Shown here: one piece after another, positions 10,601 to 20,100 of the stretch
How positions within the stretch are numbered: the stretch's first letter is position 1
How the letters are laid out: each line of letters opens with the position of its first letter
Source: Candidatus Woesearchaeota archaeon
GTDB taxonomy: Archaea; Nanobdellota; Nanobdellia; Woesearchaeales; JABGXB01
Length of the DNA stretch: 59,201 nucleotides
Direction: 5' to 3'
Assembly: GCA_018675975.1 (NCBI GenBank)
Contig: JABGXB010000001.1
Span: 1-59,201, forward strand
Made by a program: the position numbers and the translations under genes
Notes under the pieces: model-generated
Databases searched by the model: none
Seen by the model: the letters and a program-made list of their open reading frames with translations, nothing else
What the model was told of the DNA's origin: nothing

Positions 10601-11266
10601 TTATGGGCTTTTTTCGATTTGAGCTAATTTATAATTTTTTAATAATTTTAATTTATATTTTTCCTGTTTAGTTAATAATAAATTATTTTCATCTTCATCT
10701 TTTTTTTCATGATTTTCATTTTTATGATTATCTATTTTTTTTTCTTCATTATTATTTTCTTTATCTTTTTCAATTGGTTTATCATCTTCAATTTTTTTTT
10801 CTGGAATTTTCTGATTTTTTATTTCTTTTTTTTCATCTTTTTCAATTTTTATTAAATTATCTTTATTTTCTTTTTCAGTTTCTGATACAATAAATGCTTC
10901 ATTTTTTAATTTATCTAAAAATTCATGAAATTCAGGTTGCTTAGTTTCAAATTTTGTATTTAAACCATCTTCTGGTTCTCTTAATATTAATTCAAAATAA
11001 CCTTTTTTTTCTTTTGATGCATTACTACCTGATTTCATTAATATTGTAGTTCCTCTACCTTCATCATTATATGAATTTTCCCAAATCAATGTCGCTGCTA
11101 ATGAGGCCATGGTAAACATTATAGTAAATAACTCTTCACCTAAATCTTCTAAATTAGTTATTTCTTTTTGAGGATAAATTCTAATATGTCCAATACTATT
11201 TGCATTATCTTTTAAGTGAATTGCATAAAAATTTCCATCTTCAAAAATTATATTTTCTTTATTCAT
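10601..11266 (-). CDS. Degenerate HIT-like protein with charged low-complexity tail
   Basis: IIFEDGNFYAIHL...GHIRIYPQKEITNLEDL resembles the HIT N-terminus; no HxHxH. Confidence 0.65.
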   Translation of the reverse strand: MNKENIIFEDGNFYAIHLKDNANSIGHIRIYPQKEITNLEDLGEELFTIMFTMASLAATLIWENSYNDEGRGTTILMKSGSNASKEKKGYFELILREPEDGLNTKFETKQPEFHEFLDKLKNEAFIVSETEKENKDNLIKIEKDEKKEIKNQKIPEKKIEDDKPIEKDKENNNEEKKIDNHKNENHEKKDEDENNLLLTKQEKYKLKLLKNYKLAQIEKSP

Positions 11267-11912
11267 TTGCTTTTATCATTATTTTGTCAATATCCTGACC
11301 TTCAAATAAATTTCTTAATTGTGCATTAAGTATTGTTGCTTGAAGTTTAAATCCTTCTGGATCTGTATTATACATTTCAATTAATTGTAAATTTTCTTTA
11401 ACAATTTTTATTATTTGATCTTCAGGTATTGGTTCTTTTTTTTTCCCAATATTTGCAATCATCATGGGATAAATTTGCTTAAATTTTTCATGTGACTCTT
11501 TCCATTTATCTTGATCAAATGTTTTTGAATCTACATCAAATTCTTTAATATATTCTTCATTATCAACTGGCATTATTTGAAGTGCTGCATGTTGTACCAT
11601 TTGACCTGAGATTTGTCCGATTGGTATAAAAATATTATAACTTGTTTTTCCCATTGATTTTTTAATTATTTCAATTAATTTATGACTTATTTTAAACATA
11701 TGATTTAACACTTTTGGAGGTGTTGCTGAAAATAAACTATAATGTTCATTTGGAACAATTGTCATATGACCTTTTGTTGCAGGATTTATTTCTAAAAAAG
11801 CTGTACAAATTTCATCTTGCCAAATTATATTGCTTTCTAATTCTTTTGAAATAATTTTACAAAATGGACACTGTTTCTTCATTGAATCAAATTGTTCTTT
11901 TATACTTGACAT
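11259..11912 (-). CDS. HIT-family protein (histidine triad degenerate)
   Basis: CPFCKII, FLEINPATKGHMTIVPNEH, GQMVQHAALQIMP; ATG 11912 fits TATA at 11937-11944. Confidence 0.8.
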   Translation of the reverse strand: MSSIKEQFDSMKKQCPFCKIISKELESNIIWQDEICTAFLEINPATKGHMTIVPNEHYSLFSATPPKVLNHMFKISHKLIEIIKKSMGKTSYNIFIPIGQISGQMVQHAALQIMPVDNEEYIKEFDVDSKTFDQDKWKESHEKFKQIYPMMIANIGKKKEPIPEDQIIKIVKENLQLIEMYNTDPEGFKLQATILNAQLRNLFEGQDIDKIMIKANE

Positions 11913-11970
11913 TTTATTATATTGACTAAAATTATGTTTATAAATAATAGTCATTTGTATTATATAGATT

Positions 11971-11986
11971 TGTGACATTTAAGACA
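11971..11986 (-). promoter_or_regulatory. Second copy of the putative regulator site (TGTCTTAAATGTCACA on minus strand)
   Basis: 26 nt upstream of TTTATAAA (11944-11937) of the HIT operon; followed by AATCTATAT, as the 8246 site is. Confidence 0.55.
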
Positions 11987-12070
11987 ATTTATTTATAAAT
12001 ATCCATATTTAAGAATATTAAAACTAATTATAAAAAATACTCATATATAATTATTTAATTTAAAAAGTTA

Positions 12071-12520
12071 TTAAATTTGACCTTTAATAGTCATAATTTT
12101 CACAATTAATTTTTTTGCTTTAGTTTCAAGATCCTTTTCCATATATTTTAAAATTGCTTTATTTAACAAATCGAGAGCCGCATCATATTTTTTTAATTTT
12201 ATTAATAATTCTGAAACAATTATCATATATTCTCCTTTTGGTGCAATTTTAATTAATTGTTTTAATTTATTTAAACTTTCAGAAAAATCATCTTTTTTTT
12301 CTGCAATAATTGAAAGACAAATATATGTATCTTCAAGTCTTTTAGGTGACCACCCAGTTGATAGTTCTGGTTCAATTTTTAGAACGTGATCAAAACACTC
12401 CTTCGCTGGACCTAATTTTTCTTTTTCTAAATAATATTTACCTAATTTATAGTATGAATCTATTGATTTATTATTTACAGCGATTGTTTTTTTCCAAACA
12501 GAAACTTTGCTCTCATCCAT
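12071..12520 (-). CDS. TPR-repeat protein
   Basis: YYKLGKYY...AKECFDHVLKIEP and YDAALDLLNKAI repeats. Confidence 0.8.
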   Translation of the reverse strand: MDESKVSVWKKTIAVNNKSIDSYYKLGKYYLEKEKLGPAKECFDHVLKIEPELSTGWSPKRLEDTYICLSIIAEKKDDFSESLNKLKQLIKIAPKGEYMIIVSELLIKLKKYDAALDLLNKAILKYMEKDLETKAKKLIVKIMTIKGQI

Positions 12521-12579
12521 AATATTATATTATTTTAATTTCTTATAAATTATGTGTATCTTAAATTGTATCTATTAAA

Positions 12580-13587
12580 TTAAAATATTACATAATCTTT
12601 TTTTTTAAATATAATTTTATCATCGAACCATATTTCTTTTAAATCACAAAAAATATCAATATGAAATTTTTGATTTACTTTTTTATCAATTTTTTTTCTA
12701 TATATATTATGCTTTAATCCGAGTGATATATGATAACCACAATATCTTTCATGTGCACTAATATCTTCTAATGGATTTTCTTTACTAATATTTTTATTCA
12801 TTCCAAAACCCATTTCACGAATCCAAACAATACCATCTTCATTTTCAGATTTTATTAAATTAATAATTTTTTCAAAATCTTTATTTCCATCTTGTCCAAT
12901 TATTGTTCCATTTTTTATATTTACTTTAAATGGACTAACAAAAATTGTTTTATGTTCTAAACTAGGAATTCCTATAATGGATATTGTACCATTTACTGAT
13001 TCTAATTTTTTTGGTTCACTAAATACCTCTCCTATTGGAAAAAGAGAACCTAATTTATTGGAAAAATCACCAATATTGGATTTTGCATCTTCAAAACCTC
13101 CTTCATAAATTAATTCACTCCCGTCATTTGAAATAATTTTAATTTGATTTGTATTTTTTATTTCATTTGTAATATAATTTGATATTTTTTTATATCTATC
13201 AAAATCATATGTTAATGAATTTATATAAGATTCAATATTATTAAAAAATGATAATCTTGCATGTTCAATAACAAAAATTCCTCTATTATTTAAGTCAAGT
13301 CTTATTCTATAGTTACTTAATCTGAAACTTCCTGATTGAATTAAAATTACATAATCTCCTTTATTAAGATTATATAAAAATTCTTTTAATTCATCTTGTT
13401 TAGTTTCATCAAATTTAATAGATTTTAAATTGTACTCTTTTAGTACATTTGAATAAGATTTGAAAAGTAATTTGGATAAATCGCATTTATCATCATATAT
13501 TAAAATCACATTTTGATTTTTATCTATATTTAGATTTTTTTCTATTATATTTTTACAATTTACTTGTGCTTTTTCTAATATATTCAT
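12580..13587 (-). CDS. M29/aminopeptidase T-like metallopeptidase
   Basis: FPIGEVFSEP, REMGFGMN, HERYCGYHISLG, HIDIF. Confidence 0.75.
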   Translation of the reverse strand: MNILEKAQVNCKNIIEKNLNIDKNQNVILIYDDKCDLSKLLFKSYSNVLKEYNLKSIKFDETKQDELKEFLYNLNKGDYVILIQSGSFRLSNYRIRLDLNNRGIFVIEHARLSFFNNIESYINSLTYDFDRYKKISNYITNEIKNTNQIKIISNDGSELIYEGGFEDAKSNIGDFSNKLGSLFPIGEVFSEPKKLESVNGTISIIGIPSLEHKTIFVSPFKVNIKNGTIIGQDGNKDFEKIINLIKSENEDGIVWIREMGFGMNKNISKENPLEDISAHERYCGYHISLGLKHNIYRKKIDKKVNQKFHIDIFCDLKEIWFDDKIIFKKKDYVIF

Positions 13588-13699
13588 ATTTTTTAGATTT
13601 TTTTTTTGTTTAAATATTTATGTAATTTTTCCATTTGTCTATTTTATTACAATATTATTTAAAAGGAACTGGTGATAAATAAATTCAAAAGAGGATTTT

Positions 13700-16180
13700 A
13701 TGATAATTAATTATATTTATTTAAAAAATATTAGAAGTTATAAGGAATCTAAAATATTTTTCCCAAAAGGTTCAACAGTACTTTCAGGGGATATAGGTTC
13801 TGGAAAATCAAGTGTATTAATTGCATTAGAATTTGCTCTTTTTGGATTTCAATCTAAAAGACTTAGTGGTTCTCATTTACTTAGAAAGGGTGAAAATGAA
13901 GGAATTGTGGAAATATCTTTAATTATTGATGGTAAAGATTTTATTATAAAAAGAATATTAAAAAAAACAAAAGATGGTGTAGTTCAAACTGCAGGTAATT
14001 TAATTGATAATGGACAGGAAATGGATTTAACTGTAACTGAAATAAAATCTAGAGTTTTTGATAAATTAGGATATCCAAAAGAACATTTATCAAAATCAAA
14101 AAATTTTATTTATAGATATACTGTTTATACCCCACAAGAAGAATTAAAACAAATTTTATATGAAGATAGTGAAAGTAGGATTGAATCAATAAGAAATATA
14201 TTTCAAATTGATAAATATAAAAATGTAAAAAATAATACTCTGATTTTAATAAAAAAATTAAAAGAAAAAGTTTTAGAGTTAAAAGGTAGAACTTTTGATC
14301 TAGATGAAATTAAATTAAAATTTAATAAAGTTAAATTAAATTTAAATAATGAAAGAAAAGTATTGGGTATGGAATTAGGTTATGTTGATAATGAGAAAGA
14401 AAAATTAAGTAATATTTTAATGGAAATTAATAAATTTAAAAATATAAAAAATGAATTATTTGCAATTAATACAAAATTAGAACAGTCTTATGATTCAAAA
14501 GACAATTTTAATATTAAATTAAATGAATTATCAAATAAAATTATGGAATTAGAAAATACTAATAAAGTAAATAAAGAAAATGAATTATCTACTGTTTATA
14601 ATGAAAATACATTGGATAATGAAAATGAACTTAGGGCTGAAATATTTAAAATACAAGAACAAATTGCTAAATCAAAATCATTAAAAGAAATTGAATTTTC
14701 AAAAAGAGAAAATCTCAATGAATTAAATAATATTTTTAATGAATTAAATGAAGAACAAAATTCATTAAATGTAAAAATTGATTCTAATCGGAGTAAAATT
14801 TTAAAATTTGATAATTTATTAAAAGAAAAAGAAATAATTGATTTAAAATTATTAAAAGAAGAAAAATTATTTGATGAAATCAATGAATATTATATTAAAA
14901 GAAAAACTGAATTAGAGACTTTACAAAATTCTACTTCTAAAATAATGATTTTAAATAATTGCCCTACTTGTTTACAATTTGTTTCAATTGACCATAAAAA
15001 ATCAATAAGTGCAAATAATAATAAACAAATAATTGAATTGAAAAATACTATTATTGATTTAGAATCTAAAAAACAAGAAAATTTTAATGATATTAAAAAA
15101 TTAAAAATTGAATTAAATCAATTTGAAGAAATTAAAAGTAATTTTTCTTCATTAAAAAATGAAAATGTTATTTTAATTGATAGATACAAATTAAATAATA
15201 ATAAAAAAGAAGATATATTAAATAAAATTGAAAATTTAAAATCTAAATTAGAAATTTCAATTGACACGAGTGAAAATAAATTATCTGACTTTGAAAAATC
15301 AATTCAAGAAAAAAATCAATTATTAGAAACAGTAATAAAAAATAAGCAAAATAAAATTAAAAAACTTCATCTTAGAGAATTGTTTGAATTAAATTTAAAA
15401 CTTATTAATGAAAATAAAAATGAATATAGTAAAATGGAAATGGATTTAAAAAATATTAATAAATTAATTAATGAATTAGAATTAAAAAAAAATAATTTAA
15501 ATTTAGACTTGGTTAATTATGAGCAAATTGAAACAGAAAAAAACAAAATTGAAAATGATATTTCGAATTTAAATAAATCAATTGCTGTTTGTAAAAATAA
15601 TGTTAATACTCATACAATTAATTTAGATGAATTAGATCATAATATTAAAGATAAAGAAAATATTAAAAAAAGATTAGAAAAATTTAATTTAATTATTTCT
15701 TTTTTAAATATTGATTTTATTAATTTAACTGACAATATTGAAAAACATTTATTTAATACAATTCAATTATATTTTGATGAATACTTTTCTTATTGGTTTA
15801 AAATTTTAATTGAAGATGATAATTTATTAGCATCCATAGATGATACTTTTACTCCTCGTATAATACAAAATGGTCACATTATTGATTTTACAAATTTAAG
15901 TGGTGGGGAAAAAACAGCTATTTGTCTTGCTTATAGATTAGCATTAAATAAAGTTATTAATAATCTTGTAAGTAATATAAAAACAAAAAATATAATTATT
16001 TTAGATGAGCCAACAGAAGGTTTTTCTTCATTTCAAATTGATAAAATTCGTGATGTTTTAGATGAGCTTGATTTAGAACAAGTTATTATTGTAAGTCATG
16101 AAAATAAAATTGAAAGTTTTGTAGAAAATGTGATTTATGTAAAAAAACAAAATCATATAAGTGAAGTTAGTTTGGATTAA
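13700..16180 (+). CDS. rad50: Rad50/SbcC-like SMC ATPase
   Basis: Walker A GDIGSGKS, long coiled coil with central zinc hook CPTC, LSGGE signature, Walker B IIILDEPT, VSH. Confidence 0.88.
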   Translation: MIINYIYLKNIRSYKESKIFFPKGSTVLSGDIGSGKSSVLIALEFALFGFQSKRLSGSHLLRKGENEGIVEISLIIDGKDFIIKRILKKTKDGVVQTAGNLIDNGQEMDLTVTEIKSRVFDKLGYPKEHLSKSKNFIYRYTVYTPQEELKQILYEDSESRIESIRNIFQIDKYKNVKNNTLILIKKLKEKVLELKGRTFDLDEIKLKFNKVKLNLNNERKVLGMELGYVDNEKEKLSNILMEINKFKNIKNELFAINTKLEQSYDSKDNFNIKLNELSNKIMELENTNKVNKENELSTVYNENTLDNENELRAEIFKIQEQIAKSKSLKEIEFSKRENLNELNNIFNELNEEQNSLNVKIDSNRSKILKFDNLLKEKEIIDLKLLKEEKLFDEINEYYIKRKTELETLQNSTSKIMILNNCPTCLQFVSIDHKKSISANNNKQIIELKNTIIDLESKKQENFNDIKKLKIELNQFEEIKSNFSSLKNENVILIDRYKLNNNKKEDILNKIENLKSKLEISIDTSENKLSDFEKSIQEKNQLLETVIKNKQNKIKKLHLRELFELNLKLINENKNEYSKMEMDLKNINKLINELELKKNNLNLDLVNYEQIETEKNKIENDISNLNKSIAVCKNNVNTHTINLDELDHNIKDKENIKKRLEKFNLIISFLNIDFINLTDNIEKHLFNTIQLYFDEYFSYWFKILIEDDNLLASIDDTFTPRIIQNGHIIDFTNLSGGEKTAICLAYRLALNKVINNLVSNIKTKNIIILDEPTEGFSSFQIDKIRDVLDELDLEQVIIVSHENKIESFVENVIYVKKQNHISEVSLD

Positions 16181-16968
16181 TTTTGCGGAGTAATATCTTT
16201 AATTACTTCATGGGCTGGATAATAATTTCTTTTTTTATCCTTTTGATTTTCATTAATTTTGCAAGGTATACCATTAATAGAAACTACTTCCCCAGATGAA
16301 TCATAAATAATCATACCATTTGAATTATATTCACGAGTTTTTTCTTCATCATTACTTTGATTACTTTTTTTTGTTGAATATATTTCCTTTAATAATTCAT
16401 TTGAATTTTCTATTACTCTTTCTGCAAAACCTAATATTTCTTCATCTGTTAATAATAATAATTCTTCTGATTCTTCTATTTTAGAATTTGGATCTAATGC
16501 TTTATTATAATTAATATCTTGTTTTGCAAAATCTAAAATTGTTTGTAACATTATTGTTTTTGGTCTTTCTAAAATAAAATCTCTAACCATGTCTAATTGT
16601 ATTGGAGTAATTTTAGCTTTCAGTTTTTCAAATTGATATCCTTGTTTAGGATCATTTTTAAAATATAAAAATAAATTAGATTCTTTTTCAAATATTTGAT
16701 TTGATAATAACATGTATTCGGCTGTAATTGTTTCTAAAATTGAATCTGGATGACTTAAACCCTTGTAATTTTTAAGACCAAATCTTACATTTTTTAATCT
16801 TTGATCATTATTTTCTTCATCTAAATAATGATGACTATCTTTTAATCCATTAGTACTAGAATATAATGTTTTTATTTGACCTGCAATAAATCTATTTAAT
16901 CGTTTATAATTTGGGTAATTTTGAATTACTTTATCTGCAAATTCTTGGCTAAATACTATATTATACAT
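16177..16968 (-). CDS. Hypothetical protein
   Basis: 263-aa ORF with TATA-like element upstream; no motif recognised. Confidence 0.7.
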   Translation of the reverse strand: MYNIVFSQEFADKVIQNYPNYKRLNRFIAGQIKTLYSSTNGLKDSHHYLDEENNDQRLKNVRFGLKNYKGLSHPDSILETITAEYMLLSNQIFEKESNLFLYFKNDPKQGYQFEKLKAKITPIQLDMVRDFILERPKTIMLQTILDFAKQDINYNKALDPNSKIEESEELLLLTDEEILGFAERVIENSNELLKEIYSTKKSNQSNDEEKTREYNSNGMIIYDSSGEVVSINGIPCKINENQKDKKRNYYPAHEVIKDITPQN

Positions 16969-17011
16969 AATTTTAAGACTAATTTTTTCTTTATAAGTTT
17001 TGTTGTCTTTT

Positions 17012-17104
17012 TTAAGTAGTTATATTTTGTTTTCTAATATATCCAGAAATACAAATACTGCCAAGAATTGTAATCATAAGGGCAATATCTTCAAATTCTG
17101 GAAC
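17012..17104 (-). other. PEF-CTERM protein-sorting signal
   Basis: VPEFEDIALMITILGSICISGYIRKQNITT*: motif, TM helix, basic residues. Confidence 0.8.
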
Positions 17105-20100
17105 TGGTGGTGTATATATTGAAACTGAATCTTCAGCAGTTAATGTAACATATCCTGATGCTGAACAAGTTACATTATGTAATACTGTTTGAGCTGTTGA
17201 AAATCCTGTATGATTATATATATAATATGGAGAATTATATGTCATTGAATATTCACTTCCATTTCCATGAAATTCTATATTACATGTTGCACCTGTTATT
17301 GTATTTCCACTAGTGGAATTAGTGTAATTTGCCCTAAATTGAATTTCTTCATTTAAGAACGCATCTCCACTAACATTATCTGTTGTTTCTAATTGTGTTT
17401 CAAGGCCACTTACTAATGAATATCTTAATCCAGATACAACATAAGCACTTCTACTAGTATCATATGTACATTTAATTATGTCAGTTCCTTCAATTTTACT
17501 TGTTGCTTGTATACATTCATCTTTTGTAAAAATAATTTCTCCTGCTTGATCACATGCAGAACTTATATCAGTAATTGAAGTAGTTTCTTTATTTTTAACA
17601 CAAATAGTATTTGCACTAATTGGGGCTGTGATTGTTTTATTGAATTCTGCTAATAAATCAACCCCTCTAACTAATACAGCATTAGCTGTTTTTGTTACAT
17701 TAATATCTGAAAGTTTAATATGATTCTTTGAAAAATTATGTAAATAACTTATAATTGAAACGGGCCCATCTAAAACTTGAATTTGCTTTACTCCTGTATA
17801 ACTTGCTGCAACATTATTATTATTTGATCTGTGACTTCCAATTGCTAATATTCTATTTGTAAATCCAGTACCTTTAATATCAGTAACTTTACCTTTTAAT
17901 TTATCAATTCCATCATAAGTTCCATCTTCATCTGCGTCAATAAATCCAACTTCAAATGTATTATTTACAAATACAGTATTTTCTCCTGTTGCTGCACACG
18001 ATACATTGTAAGTATAAGTTCCATTTGTACTTTTTCCATTATCAAGAGTGTAAGTAAAGTCATCTAAGTCTTCGCTCATTGATACTTCAGTTTCACCTTG
18101 AATATTTAATGTACAAGTTGCACCAGATATTAAATCTCTTTTAAAATTATTTCTATAATTTGATTTAAATATAATATCTTCATTAACTTGCCCTAAATCT
18201 GTAAATGTATGTCCAATTTCTGATGTTGCACGTGATCCAACAACTCCACTATTTTCAACACCATAAATAATAAATTTATCAGTTGAATCTAAATAACATT
18301 CTAAATTTTCTTTATTATTTCTTGCAATAATTTCTATCTTTCTACAACTTTCTTTTTCGAAAATATATTCATCTGCAGCTGAACAATCATCTGTGATATT
18401 TCCAATGGAATTAAATTGAGAATCTTTTAGACATATAGTACTTGTTTGATTTATTTGAGTATACAAAGTTTTTGTGTTTGGAATTAAATTTAAATTTTTA
18501 ATATGAAGACTATCAACTGTTTTATTTATTATGGTATTTTTCATGTTTAATGTTTTTGATCCAAAATTGTGATCAAATTCAATTATTTTTGTTCCTTCAT
18601 CACGAATAGTTACAGTTTTTGCTTCTCTATAAAATGGACTTATTCCATTATTATAATCATCTCCTACAGAAATATTAAATGTTGTAAAGCCATACTTTGT
18701 TATTTGATTTTTTCCTCTAATTCCATAACCTAAACTAAGTGAAATTACAATACTATCACATTCATTTGCATTTGTTTCTCTATCATATAATAATCCACAC
18801 ATTCTAGGTCTGTCAGATCCATCTTTTACTGTCCAAGGATTATTTACATCAAATCCATCTGATTCGAATAATTCTTTTTCTAAAATTTCAGTAGAATTCA
18901 ATCCATTAAAATTTTCAAATGATAATTCAGATATTGGATTTTGTATATTGTGTTTATCAATTAGTTCAGATATTTCTGCTTTTTTCCAATTACCTAATGC
19001 TGTTAATGATTGATTTGCATTTTTTGTATTAGTCATTTCTTCAAAAAATACACCTTCAATATAATATAATGACTCAACTAATTCTTTTGTTTGATTTACA
19101 ACTTCTTCATATTGTGTTGGATATTTTTCTCTATCTATATCACTATATTCAGGAATTTGAACTTTTTTAATTTGGCCAACTAAACCACCAACATCTAATT
19201 CTCCACCAATTTTTCCTTCAACAAATACTTGTAATGCAGAGGCTTTATTTGCATAACCAGCAATACCGCCTACTTTATCATCAGCAGTTATATCAACTCT
19301 GACGTGAACGTCTTTAGCTGCTACATTTTGTGCGTGACCTACTAGACCACCTACATAATCTTGAGCCGTAATTGTTATATTTACAAATGAGTTTTTAATA
19401 TAACCAGAAATATAACCACCAATTCCTCCAACTCTATGCCTACCAGTTATCGTGGAATTCAAAATAGATATTTTTTTTGCAATATAATCTGAAACATCTG
19501 GATTAGCAGAAGCTGTTTTACCTGCAATAACACTTACATTATCTCTACCAATTACTGTTATATTTTTAAATACTGCATTAATTATTGAACCCCCGGCGTC
19601 TATAATAGGAAATAATGCTACATTATCTTTATCAGGAGAATTAATATAAATATTTTTTATAACATAATTATTTCCATTAAAAGATTTATTTGTTTTTGTA
19701 TATCCCACTTCGTCAGAAGACCAATCTGTAAAATCAGTTCCGGAGCAATCAATATTTCCTGTAATGTTTATATCAACATTAGCAATAATTTTATTTTTTA
19801 AATCTGAACAATTGTTAACATTATTTATAACTCCAATAGCTACTGGAAATGGAAATGTTGTTGTTACATTTATTACTTTCGAACTATAATTGACTTTTGA
19901 ATTTTTTAAATATTCAGCTTTTATTTTATAGACTCCTACATTTTTTAATAAAAATCTTTCACTAATGGTTGAATTAGTTCTTTGATATACTATTTCACCT
20001 TGCGGATTAAAAACTGAAAGTATGTGTTTGTTTCCAGTAAAAGAGTCTTTAACTGGTGAAATGGTTTCACTATTAATTAAAATTGCTTCTCCTACATATG

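Noticed and set aside
13636..13651. Third TGT-N10-ACA (TGTCTATTTTATTACA) upstream of rad50
   Set aside because: It lacks the TGTCACA half and the 26-nt TATA spacing; the bare 6-base pattern is expected many times by chance.
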